A DNA stretch of 64,000 bases, taken from contig JBGCFP010000018.1 in NCBI GenBank assembly GCA_045107005.1, positions 48-64,047 of the forward strand, given 5' to 3'. Below, in pieces: positions 29,903 through 38,845 of this stretch (position 1 is the stretch's first letter; every line of letters begins with the position of its first letter). The notes below the pieces were generated by a model. That model was not told the DNA's origin. It searched no databases and saw nothing but the letters and a program-made list of their open reading frames with translations. The stretch comes from Gammaproteobacteria bacterium (lineage in GTDB: Bacteria > Pseudomonadota > Gammaproteobacteria > Steroidobacterales > JBCCMA01). Made by a program: the position numbers and the translations under genes.

Positions 29903-30910
29903 CTACAGTCGTGCCCGTTTGGTCCGCGCGAGAAAAATACCCCCGTCGAGGTTGGTGTCCTGGGTGACCAGGTAGACGGGATAGTCGTCGAGTAATTCGC
30001 CGTGGGTATCGTTGTTGCGCAGTTCGGTGACAAACTGACTGTCGACGATGAACGCCTCGTTGAGTTTGGACGAACGCCCCGACAGATACACGCCGCCCGT
30101 GGGCAAAAAACTCAGCGCAGTGAGCTGCGCGATACCGCCGGCGCACAGGTAAAACAGCTCCAGCGCTTCCCGACACACGCTGTCCTCGCCCGCGATGGCT
30201 TTGCGCGCAATACTGCCCGCGTCCAGTAACGGCGCGTCGGCGTTGCTGAGCATTTGGTGCACGCGAACCAGACCGTGACCGCAGCTAAAGCTCTCCCAAC
30301 TCGGCCGTGGCATATCCAGGCGGTCGCGCATGCGCTGTGCAACCTGCGCCTGAGCCGGGCTCAAATGCCCGATCGGCGCGTGCTGCAGTTCGCAGGGCAC
30401 CACGTGATAACCAGCGTTCGGATTGGTCCCCGTGTGCACCACCCCCGCCACACCAAGGCCGGTGCCGGGCATGATCACGACCATATTGCCGCCCGGGATG
30501 GCTTGGGCGCCGTCGGTGAGCTGCCGCGCCCACGCAGCAGGACCACCGCGATCTACATTTTGGGCGACGATGCCAAGCGCCGAGACGACCATGTCGTTCA
30601 CGACGGTGGCGCGCTGCACATCCACCCCGGCGATCGACAGATCGCTGACGCTAATAAGCCGTTCTCTGGACCAGTTCGTCATGCGCACTTGCGCCGTCCC
30701 GTCAACCGGGCCGGCGGCCGACAGCACGCAGTAGTTGGGCGTCGACGCGGTGTTGGCAATCAGGGTTTCGCGCAGCAGCTCGAGCATGTCGGAGCGATTG
30801 TCGATGACGTGCGCGACTTCCAGCGTCGCGTCTCGATCGGTCATCGATGTGATCCGAATTTTGGTATGCGTGCCGCCGACGTCAACGGCAACCAGTGGTG
30901 CCGGAATCAT
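29903..30910 (-). CDS. glk: glucokinase
   Basis: LVAVDVGGTHTKIRI ATP-binding N-terminus and glucokinase-like length. Start is ATG 30910 or upstream 30964. Confidence 0.7.
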   Translation of the reverse strand: MIPAPLVAVDVGGTHTKIRITSMTDRDATLEVAHVIDNRSDMLELLRETLIANTASTPNYCVLSAAGPVDGTAQVRMTNWSRERLISVSDLSIAGVDVQRATVVNDMVVSALGIVAQNVDRGGPAAWARQLTDGAQAIPGGNMVVIMPGTGLGVAGVVHTGTNPNAGYHVVPCELQHAPIGHLSPAQAQVAQRMRDRLDMPRPSWESFSCGHGLVRVHQMLSNADAPLLDAGSIARKAIAGEDSVCREALELFYLCAGGIAQLTALSFLPTGGVYLSGRSSKLNEAFIVDSQFVTELRNNDTHGELLDDYPVYLVTQDTNLDGGIFLARTKRARL

Positions 30911-31091
30911 GGCGAGAAAAACCTGGTGAGCGTAGCGATCATCGAGCGAACCATTGGCAGACAAACCCGTGGAGAGACCGGATTGTGGCAGAGCGCGACC
31001 GATGTTGCCATGCGCAGCGAGTCGCGGACGCGGTCATGCGGCCCGGGCGACCGCTGACGACCGGCGATTGGCGCGCTACACTGCGGTCATC

Positions 31092-31604
31092 ATGAGTATT
31101 CTTCTACGTGCCGTTCGAGACGATGACTACCCCCAGATCACCGAGATCTTCGTGGATGAAACGGTCATCGGCAACACCAGTCAGGTCCCCCATCGTGACG
31201 AGGCTTTTTGGCGCAACTATCGCGCCAAACTGGGCGATCAGTGCATGGCCATTGTTGCCGAGGTGGACAAGCGCGTCGTCGGTCATATGACCATCAACAT
31301 GGATCCACGACCCCGACGGCGACACACCGCGTGGTTTGGCCTTGCCGTGCACCCGGACTATCAATCTCGTGGCGTTGGTCGCGCTCTGGTCACCGAGCTG
31401 GTTCATCAGGGCGATAACTGGCTCAATCTAACGAAGATTGAGCTGGGCGTGCTTGCCGAAAACGAGCGCGCCATTGGCCTGTATCGCTCTTTTGGTTTTG
31501 TCGAAGAGGGCCGACTGGTCGATGACCTGTTCAAGGACGGGAAGTACTGCGACACGATTTTGATGGCACGTTTTCGACCGGGGCATGTCTCAACACAAAC
31601 TTGA
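31092..31604 (+). CDS. GNAT family N-acetyltransferase
   Basis: ATG 31092 (MSILLRAVRDDDY...). Acetyl-CoA motif VHPDYQSRGVGRALV. Confidence 0.75.
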   Translation: MSILLRAVRDDDYPQITEIFVDETVIGNTSQVPHRDEAFWRNYRAKLGDQCMAIVAEVDKRVVGHMTINMDPRPRRRHTAWFGLAVHPDYQSRGVGRALVTELVHQGDNWLNLTKIELGVLAENERAIGLYRSFGFVEEGRLVDDLFKDGKYCDTILMARFRPGHVSTQT

Positions 31605-31650
31605 CCTAATCGACCCGTCGAAACGGTATGTACATTTAGAAGGAGTCTTT

Positions 31651-32262
31651 ATGAACATCGTCAGAGCACTCGTTGCCGCACTACTGCTTGTCATTTTGCC
31701 GACCACGTTGGCGCAAACAACACTTGCGGAACCGCTCACCGACGAGGAAATGGCGGCGCTAATCGCCACGGCCGAAAAAGCGTACGAAGCGCGACAGTAC
31801 GCCGAGTCGTATCAAACCTACCGTCACGAACTCGCCACGCGCGGCGACGCGTATTCGCAATACTTCACCGGTTTCATGCTCCAACACGGGCAAGGTGTCG
31901 AAGCCGACCCGATTGCGGCAGCTGCCTGGATGAAGCTGTCGGCCGATCAGGGCCACCTGCCGCTTTTGCGCGAAGCGAAAAAAGCGCGCAAGGCTCTGAG
32001 TGAAGCGGATCAGGCGCAGGTCGACGTCGAGTACAAAGCGTTGCACGACACCTATGGCGATTGCGCACTGCTGGCTGGCCGCATCGAATTCATGGAAGAG
32101 AACATCGTCGCGCTCACCGGTTCAAGAGTCGCGGAGAACGTTAGCCGAGTCACGGTCGCTTATCAGTTCGGCAATGACTTGGGGTTTCAGCAACGCCAGA
32201 TGCGGATGCGCGAGATGCTCAAGAAACAAAAAAGCGTCTACAAGAAGCAGTGCAAAAACTGA
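31651..32262 (+). CDS. secreted Sel1-repeat protein
   Basis: ATG 31651 follows AGGAG. Has a signal peptide and the Sel1-type repeat AYSQYFTGFMLQHGQGVEADPIAAAAWMKLSADQGH. Confidence 0.6.
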   Translation: MNIVRALVAALLLVILPTTLAQTTLAEPLTDEEMAALIATAEKAYEARQYAESYQTYRHELATRGDAYSQYFTGFMLQHGQGVEADPIAAAAWMKLSADQGHLPLLREAKKARKALSEADQAQVDVEYKALHDTYGDCALLAGRIEFMEENIVALTGSRVAENVSRVTVAYQFGNDLGFQQRQMRMREMLKKQKSVYKKQCKN

Positions 32263-32745
32263 TCAGCGCTCCTGACTTGTCGGCGCCATGAAGGCCGACA
32301 GCCGCTCGAGATAGTGATCGCGATCATCGTTGGCAATGGGCGGATCAGGGCGCGCGATCACCGCGCCGTCGCACATTTGGTAGCTCGCGATCGTGGACTC
32401 GCCGCCTTGGGTCGGCTCGGAAGGGCTGATCGGCCTCGCGTAAGCGACGTCGGTAACCACCATCGAGAACGTGTCGGTATCGACCAGACGATAGTCGATC
32501 TCGCGGCGTCCCATCTCACCGTAATACGCAACGGTCACTCGATGCAGTGTTTGCGCCGCATCGTAATGGTGAATGATGCTCGCGCCTTCGGTGGATTCGT
32601 CCTGCGGCCCGTCATACTCGCGTTGCTCAAGCGACGAAAAATCGCGTTCGCCGAGCGCGGTGAGCTGCTCCGCGCACGTCAGCGCCTCAGGCTGACAGCC
32701 GACCAGGAGTAAAACGCCCAACGCTGTGACGATGCTTCGAATCAT
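32263..32745 (-). CDS. hypothetical lipoprotein downstream of the M15 peptidase gene
   Basis: ORF trimmed to ATG 32745 (MIRSIVTALGVLLLVGCQPE...). Has a lipobox. No family recognised. Confidence 0.45.
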   Translation of the reverse strand: MIRSIVTALGVLLLVGCQPEALTCAEQLTALGERDFSSLEQREYDGPQDESTEGASIIHHYDAAQTLHRVTVAYYGEMGRREIDYRLVDTDTFSMVVTDVAYARPISPSEPTQGGESTIASYQMCDGAVIARPDPPIANDDRDHYLERLSAFMAPTSQER

Positions 32746-32809
32746 GATGCGCGCGCTACGTGACTCGCCAATCCCATGGCGTAAGCGCAAGTGTACGCCC
32801 AAACCCGCG

Positions 32810-34147
32810 TTACAGGTTGACGTAAGGACCGTTGCGCTGGCCGCTGTTGTAGAGACTCAGCAGTTCACTCGTGCTGTTGCCAAAGTCCATTTGAAAGTGT
32901 GGCCGGTCGGAGATCGTGCGGAAATCGCCGCCCCATTCAAAACCCATTTGCTTGCCAAGCTGGCCCAAGGCATCCCAATGCGGCGTGTTCCACACGGCCT
33001 GCCCCTGTGCATTAATCGGCACGATGTCGATCGCCAGACCGTAGTTGTGATAGCTGCGGCCGGCACGCGCGTTGGTCACGATGTTTCCGGGCGTGGTACG
33101 GCCCTGATTGTACAAATCGGTTTGCTCGGCAAACGTGCGCAGACCGCTGGTAACACGAACCTGGATCCCCAGCTGCGCTTCAACCTGATTCACAAACGCG
33201 GCCGCTTGCGCGCGTAACGCCGGATGCAACGTCTGGATGCGGGCGTCCGTTACCGGATCCCAGGTTGTGGCCACCGGGTCGCCCGGTGTGACCGCGGGTG
33301 GCGCGGCCGGACCTTCTGCGTCACCCGACCTCAGCGCACTCAAGGTGTCGCCATCCGCTACGCCCGTTGCGTTAAGACCGTTGGCCGCCTGGAACTGGCT
33401 CACGGCATTTTGCGTCATTGGGCCAAACTGCCCGTCGACCGGTCCGGCTGAAAACCCTAGCGCGTTCAGCCCACGCTGCAGCACGCTCACTTCGGCGCCA
33501 CTCGCGCCCACCGCCAGCTCACTGGGTGCGTTCACCACGACATCGAGCGCCGCCAGCGTCGTCGCATCTGCGACGCCTGTCGGTGTCAGGCCAAGATCGG
33601 TTTGAAATGTCTCGAGCGCTTGTTCGGTGCGCGGCCCGAACTGTCCGTCAGCCGCGCCCGGGGCGTAGCCAAGCTGACTCAAGCTACTCTGCAGCGCGGT
33701 CACCTCGACGCCGCTGCTGCCGCGCGACAGGTCCACATCAACGGCTACTGGTGGTGTATCCGGTGCAACAGTGCCGGTGGTTCCGGGGATACTCAAAACG
33801 TCGCCGACGTAAATCAGATTCGGGTTATCGATGCCGTTGGCGCTGACCACGGCATCCACAGTCGTTCCGAACTGACTGGCGATGGACGCCAGATTGTCGC
33901 CCGCCTGCACCGTGTACTGCCCGGCCATGGGCAAGACCATGGTGTCTCCGACGTAGATGACGTTGGGGTTATCGATTTGCGGGTTCGCCGCGATCAAATC
34001 GGCCACTTCCACGCCGTGACGACTGGCAATCGACGTGATCGTGTCTCCCTGCTCAACGCTGTATGTCGGGGCACTGAGCGCCGACGATGAATCGGAGAAC
34101 CCACTTTGCAGGCCGTCGGGCGAGCTCGATGTGATGGACGCGGTCAT
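32810..34147 (-). CDS. LysM x2 / peptidoglycan-binding x2 / M15-family peptidase (cell-wall hydrolase)
   Basis: Two LysM units (YSVEQGDTITSIASRHGV..., YTVQAGDNLASIASQFGT...). Two PG_binding_1-like units (GVEVTALQSSLSQLGY...DGQFGPRTEQAL and VSVLQRGLNALGF...DGQFGPMTQNAV). M15 zinc motif SYHNYGLAIDI...DRPHFQ. No N-terminal signal peptide is evident. Confidence 0.75.
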   Translation of the reverse strand: MTASITSSSPDGLQSGFSDSSSALSAPTYSVEQGDTITSIASRHGVEVADLIAANPQIDNPNVIYVGDTMVLPMAGQYTVQAGDNLASIASQFGTTVDAVVSANGIDNPNLIYVGDVLSIPGTTGTVAPDTPPVAVDVDLSRGSSGVEVTALQSSLSQLGYAPGAADGQFGPRTEQALETFQTDLGLTPTGVADATTLAALDVVVNAPSELAVGASGAEVSVLQRGLNALGFSAGPVDGQFGPMTQNAVSQFQAANGLNATGVADGDTLSALRSGDAEGPAAPPAVTPGDPVATTWDPVTDARIQTLHPALRAQAAAFVNQVEAQLGIQVRVTSGLRTFAEQTDLYNQGRTTPGNIVTNARAGRSYHNYGLAIDIVPINAQGQAVWNTPHWDALGQLGKQMGFEWGGDFRTISDRPHFQMDFGNSTSELLSLYNSGQRNGPYVNL

Positions 34148-34274
34148 GGTCGACTTCCGTGTGACGAAATAATGACAACAGGCTAGCGTGTCTTGTCGTC
34201 AGCGGGTGCTGGGGGAAACCCGAGGGCGCTTGCCGTACACTCGGGTCCTTAATCTGACCACCAGGAAAAAACAC

Positions 34275-34829
34275 GTGAGCGAGCTCGACGACCCGACTGC
34301 GCAGGACACCCCGTCTCGCAATAAGAACAGCGTGTCAACCGTCGCGATCACGGCCATCGTGCTGTCTATCTGTGCGCTGCTGGTCTCGGTGCTCGAAGTG
34401 TCGGCCATTCGGGACGAACAGCGTATTCAGGTGTGGCCATACATTGATCTGGCCAGTCGCTACAACGGCGAAGGCTTTTTTATCGAGGCCACGAACAAGG
34501 GCATCGGGCCGGCGCGAGTGCGTAGTGTGGCAATGTTTCTGGACGATGAGCCGGTTGCTGATCTCGACAGCATGATCGTGCAGGTCCTGGGCAAGAAAAA
34601 TGCGTTTAGCTATGACGTTTATCGAAGCAGCAACCCGTCGCGTAGCGTCCTGAGCCCCGGTGACATGTCGACGCTGTTTAGCGTGCCGTGGACACCGCAG
34701 ACCCGGCAGCTGACCGAGAACATGAGCGGCAGGTTTTCACTGACGCTGTGCTATTGCTCGGTCTACGACGACTGCTGGTTGGCAAAATTAAACGACGGCG
34801 AGCCCGAAAGCGTTAGCCAATGTCCCTGA
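34275..34829 (+). CDS. membrane-anchored hypothetical protein
   Basis: ORF 34188..34829. Chosen start is GTG 34275 after AGGAAAAAACAC. One TM helix (VAITAIVLSICALLVSVLEV). Confidence 0.4.
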   Translation: MSELDDPTAQDTPSRNKNSVSTVAITAIVLSICALLVSVLEVSAIRDEQRIQVWPYIDLASRYNGEGFFIEATNKGIGPARVRSVAMFLDDEPVADLDSMIVQVLGKKNAFSYDVYRSSNPSRSVLSPGDMSTLFSVPWTPQTRQLTENMSGRFSLTLCYCSVYDDCWLAKLNDGEPESVSQCP

Positions 34830-34878
34830 CACCCGGCGTCATCGGCGAGCGCGCGGCTCACCGATGACACCGGCATCA

Positions 34879-37512
34879 CTAACTGCCGCAGCTTCCGGTC
34901 GCTGACGGGCCCGGAGACTGGAAGAACTGGGTGCGCAGCAGACCCAAGTCGATCACGTTGACGGTACCGTCGTCGTTGAAATCGGCGTTCGGGTCGGTGC
35001 TGAAGAACACCGCACGGAATGCGCCCAGGTCCACCACGTTCACGGTGCAGTCATTGTTCAGATCGGCGTCGCAACGGTTACCGTAGCCATCGCCATCCGC
35101 ATCGGTCTGCGAAGCATTGGCCACCAGAGTGCAGTTATCGACGCTATCGCCAACGCCGTCGCCGTCGGTGTCGACGTCAGTGCCGACCGACACCGTGACG
35201 AGCGCCGTGTTGTTTGACGGTAGCGGGTCGGACTCCAGCGAGGTCACGGCCAGATCAATCGCAATGTCGCCTTCTGCCTGCGGCGTCACACTCAGCAGAA
35301 TCGTTGCCGCAGCACCGGCATTGAGCACGCCCAGGTCGCAGCTCAAGTCCTGACCATCGATGCTGCATGAGCCGACGCTGGGTACCGCGCTGTCAATGAC
35401 AAGGGCTGCATCAACGCTGGTCGACACGTTCACCGAATTGGATTCAGTGGGACCGTTCGCGGTAACCGTCAAGCCGACGGCCGCAGGCAGACCGAGCTCG
35501 CCGGCAACGCTGTCACTGTCGGCCGTCAGATCAAGGTCGGCCGTAAAGGTGTATTCCCGATAGCCAATGTTGTCGAAACCAATCAGAACACGGCCGCGGT
35601 CGTTGGGATCGACAGCGAGCGTGTTGATGCGGTTGGTGAAAGGCAGCACGGGCGACGAAACCCAGTTGAGCCCGCCGTCAACGCTGCGGTAAAAAATCTG
35701 AGCGTTACGCGCGGCGTACATCAATAGCGGGTTATTCGGATCTATGTACAACGCTTCAATCTGACCGCTCGTGCCCGTCGCCGGAAACTGCCAGGTATCA
35801 CCGCCGTCGGTGGAAAAGCGCGTGCTACTGGTATCACCGACAAACACAATATCCGGGTTGTCCGGATGCACGGCGACCGAGAACACGCGCGTGGGACCCG
35901 GAATGCCATCACCGGATTTGCGTGACCAGGTTACGCCACCGTCGGTGCTTTTGAACACGCCGCCGCTGGAAAAATCCGAGCTGCCGACGTAGATCACGTC
36001 CGGATTGTTGTCCGACGCCTTAACCGCTTCGAGCACGACGTTACCGCCGAAGAACGGCTCCAGGCCGGTGGACAACTGCGCCCACGTCACGCCGCCGTCC
36101 TTGGTGCCGAACAAACCGCGGTTGAAGTCGCTAAAGAGTAGTTGCTGGGTGTCGGAGACCGGAATGTCAATGTCAGTCACCCAACTGGCGACCACGCCAG
36201 GCAAGCCCAGATTGATGCGCGCCCAAGTCGCGCCGCCGTCGAAAGTTTCGTACAGCCCGCAGCAGCTCGAACCGGCGTAAGCGTGATCGGCAAGCAGCGG
36301 GTCGGCCTCCATGGCAAATGTGGTCAGATCGTAATCCCCGACGTTGTGCGTCCAGTTGGCGCCGTCATCATCACTGACCGACGCTCCGCCAAACACACCA
36401 GCGTAAATCCGGCCCGTCGCCGCATCGATGGACAGTGACTCTACGTTCTCATTAACGAATCCGGTGGACGTGCGCGCCCAGCTGGCGCCCTGGTCGGTAG
36501 AGGTAAACAACCCTTGCGTAAACGTGGCGATGAGCAAGCGCGAGGGATTGGTGGGATCAAACGCAATGTCGTCGACGGTGTAGCGATCCAGACCTTCGTC
36601 CACCGGATTAATCCACGTCAGGCCACCGTTGTTGCTGTAAATCAAATCGTTGTTGCCCGTCGCCATATAAACGCGCGACTGGTTACCCGGCTCGTGCACC
36701 AATTTGCGGAAAAAATCGTTGGGCACGCCGATGCCGTAGGACTCCCAGGTCGCACCGCCGTCGGTCGTGCGATAGTTGCCACGATTCGAGATGTTGATCA
36801 GTGCGATATCACTGTCGTCGGGATCAAAAAACCCGACGCGCGCAAACACGTAGCCATTGTTGGTTAACGGCAACGTGGCAGCCGAATAGGCCCAGGTCTG
36901 ACCGCCATCGACGGATTTGTAGGGGCCGTCCCAACCGAGCGCGAAAAACACGTCCGGGTCGCTGGGCGACTGCAGAATCGAATCCAGCGACGAGTCGCTT
37001 AACGTGGTGCCGACGTCTGTCCACGTATCGCCGTTGTCCGTGGAGCGATACAGCGTATTGAAATCGTAAAGGAAGACACGACCGGAAACGTGCTGATCGG
37101 GCCAAATGTAAAACGCCCCGCTGCCGACCGATGATGACGTCCAGGTCAGACCTCGATCGGTGCTGCGAACCACTTCAGAGCCACTGTCGACAACCCAGAT
37201 GGTCGACGGCGAATTCGGGTCGATGGCGATATCGGAAATCCGACTGCGCGTAATGTCCGGATGGTCAACATCAAATTCCGCCCACGTCGCGCCGCCGTCG
37301 TCACTGAAGAAAGTGCCGTTGCCAGCGCCCATTGAGTAGACCCGATTGGCATCCTGCGGATCGGCCACTACCACCGTCGCGCGACCGCCGTCAGGCCCGT
37401 TGCCAGTAAACGTGTTGGGCCCCGCCAGACTTGACGAGGCCAGCGCAAACGTCAGAACAAAACTGCCCAGATAACGCGTCAATGGAGAAAGAAGATCGTG
37501 GTTCGGTCGCAT
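34879..37512 (-). CDS. secreted double beta-propeller (13 Asp-box/BNR repeats; VPS10/GH74-like) with DUF11-like region and C-terminal TSP3/dockerin-like module
   Basis: ATG 37512 (MRPNHDLLSPL...) with a signal peptide. I counted 13 S/T-x-D-x-G-x-[TSN]-W boxes by eye. The C-terminus is DTDGDGVGDSVDNC...NRCDADLNNDCTVNVVDLGAFRAVFF...DFNDDGTVNVIDLGLLRTQFF. Confidence 0.75.
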   Translation of the reverse strand: MRPNHDLLSPLTRYLGSFVLTFALASSSLAGPNTFTGNGPDGGRATVVVADPQDANRVYSMGAGNGTFFSDDGGATWAEFDVDHPDITRSRISDIAIDPNSPSTIWVVDSGSEVVRSTDRGLTWTSSSVGSGAFYIWPDQHVSGRVFLYDFNTLYRSTDNGDTWTDVGTTLSDSSLDSILQSPSDPDVFFALGWDGPYKSVDGGQTWAYSAATLPLTNNGYVFARVGFFDPDDSDIALINISNRGNYRTTDGGATWESYGIGVPNDFFRKLVHEPGNQSRVYMATGNNDLIYSNNGGLTWINPVDEGLDRYTVDDIAFDPTNPSRLLIATFTQGLFTSTDQGASWARTSTGFVNENVESLSIDAATGRIYAGVFGGASVSDDDGANWTHNVGDYDLTTFAMEADPLLADHAYAGSSCCGLYETFDGGATWARINLGLPGVVASWVTDIDIPVSDTQQLLFSDFNRGLFGTKDGGVTWAQLSTGLEPFFGGNVVLEAVKASDNNPDVIYVGSSDFSSGGVFKSTDGGVTWSRKSGDGIPGPTRVFSVAVHPDNPDIVFVGDTSSTRFSTDGGDTWQFPATGTSGQIEALYIDPNNPLLMYAARNAQIFYRSVDGGLNWVSSPVLPFTNRINTLAVDPNDRGRVLIGFDNIGYREYTFTADLDLTADSDSVAGELGLPAAVGLTVTANGPTESNSVNVSTSVDAALVIDSAVPSVGSCSIDGQDLSCDLGVLNAGAAATILLSVTPQAEGDIAIDLAVTSLESDPLPSNNTALVTVSVGTDVDTDGDGVGDSVDNCTLVANASQTDADGDGYGNRCDADLNNDCTVNVVDLGAFRAVFFSTDPNADFNDDGTVNVIDLGLLRTQFFQSPGPSATGSCGS
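34894..35175 (-). repeat. TSP3 + dockerin-like module, copy B (protein-level repeat)
   Basis: 94-aa segment, 4 residues from the C-terminus of the propeller protein. See copy A. Confidence 0.6.
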
Positions 37513-37654
37513 GTTGAGTGCCCCCAAGGCCTTGCAATATGGAAAATCGAAAGCGCCGCTTCATGGCGGCTGTTATCGATTCAAGCAAGGAAGATTGGAG
37601 AACACCCTCATCCAGGCCAGCATTTACCGGCCAATTAGCGCGATCGCAGCCCTC

Positions 37655-38845
37655 TCAGGCGCTTTCCTTGAGCATCTGGCGGATCTGGGCAAGCGTCGGT
37701 TCCTGACCGAACATCAGCATTGCCACCTTGAGAACACGCTGCGCAATCGAGCGCATGAGCCCAATGGTAAAGACCATAATGACCGCGCTGAGCAGCACCT
37801 GCCAAAGCGGTACGTCGCTCAGCACCAGGCGCATTGGCATGAAGGCTGTGCTGGTGATGGGCAGGATCGACAGCAGGATCACGCCTGGTGCTGAAGGGAT
37901 GTCGGTCGCGGCCAGCGGCAGCAGCATGAACACTGCTGGCAACATCATGATCCCACTGCGCGCGGAATTGTTCGGATCACTAATGGTCGCGGCGACAGCG
38001 GCGAGAAACGTGCTCCAAAAAGTCATCGCGAGCACGCTGAACAGCAACGCCATCAACAAGGAACCGGGGTTGATCACCCCAAGGACCATGGGCTTGTCCG
38101 ACAGCTGTTGCACCAGTAAAAAACCCACAGCGAGCATGACTCCCGTCATCAGCATTGATTTCAAACACAGTGCCGTCAGGCCGATCAACTTGCCGTCAAG
38201 CCAACGCTCGACGCCCACGGCGGACAACAGTTGTTCGCCAAGCCGGTTTTGCTTTTCGCCGGTGATCGAAACGAAAAAATAGCTGAACGCCGAGAACACG
38301 CCAACCATCGGCAGAAACACGGCCGCCATCCCAAAGTAGCGCTGAAACTTGCCCGGCTCCTCTTTGGCATCCGCGTGCAGTGCGATCTGTGTGGCCGCGG
38401 GCGCGGTAATGGCGGCAAACTCCTCGCGCGGTAACGAAGACTGATCGAGTCGCGCCGCGACAGCCTGTCTCGACACCGCGGCTTCGAACAGGGGTTGCCA
38501 TGAGGGCGTACGCATCACCGTCAACGCCATCCTTTGCTCTTGGGCATCCCAAACCGCAACGGCGTCCAGCTGTTCGTCCGCCAGCGCTGCCATGGCCTCC
38601 TCGACGGAGGAATCCTGTGGCCACTGCGTTACCGTCAGCGGCAAGGACTCAAAAGCCGCTAATGAGGGCAGATCACCAACGATGGCGAGAGTCTCAGTAT
38701 TGGTACCGCGTACCCATTCCATCAGAGGCTTACTCAGATAGCCGCCGGTCAATACGAGCAGCGTAATCAGCAGTGATATGAACTCGGAGCGCCACTTAAA
38801 AAACCGAAAAAACTCCCAGCGGGCGACGACCATCGTGACTTTCAT
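37655..38845 (-). CDS. ABC-2 type transporter permease (NatB-like)
   Basis: ATG 38845 overlaps the ATPase stop (ATGA). N-terminal TM helix, large extracytoplasmic loop, then 5 C-terminal TM helices. Confidence 0.7.
   Translation of the reverse strand: MKVTMVVARWEFFRFFKWRSEFISLLITLLVLTGGYLSKPLMEWVRGTNTETLAIVGDLPSLAAFESLPLTVTQWPQDSSVEEAMAALADEQLDAVAVWDAQEQRMALTVMRTPSWQPLFEAAVSRQAVAARLDQSSLPREEFAAITAPAATQIALHADAKEEPGKFQRYFGMAAVFLPMVGVFSAFSYFFVSITGEKQNRLGEQLLSAVGVERWLDGKLIGLTALCLKSMLMTGVMLAVGFLLVQQLSDKPMVLGVINPGSLLMALLFSVLAMTFWSTFLAAVAATISDPNNSARSGIMMLPAVFMLLPLAATDIPSAPGVILLSILPITSTAFMPMRLVLSDVPLWQVLLSAVIMVFTIGLMRSIAQRVLKVAMLMFGQEPTLAQIRQMLKESA

Noticed and set aside
32810-34147. M15 peptidase as a prophage endolysin.
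   Set aside because: No holin, spanin, capsid, tail or integrase genes lie nearby. The multi-LysM/PG-binding architecture and the adjacent lipoprotein fit a chromosomal hydrolase or effector better, so it is kept as a finding under that interpretation.
37541-37575. Possible minus-strand terminator after the ABC permease gene.
   Set aside because: Only a 5-bp GC stem (gccgc/gcggc) with an interrupted U-run. Too weak to call.
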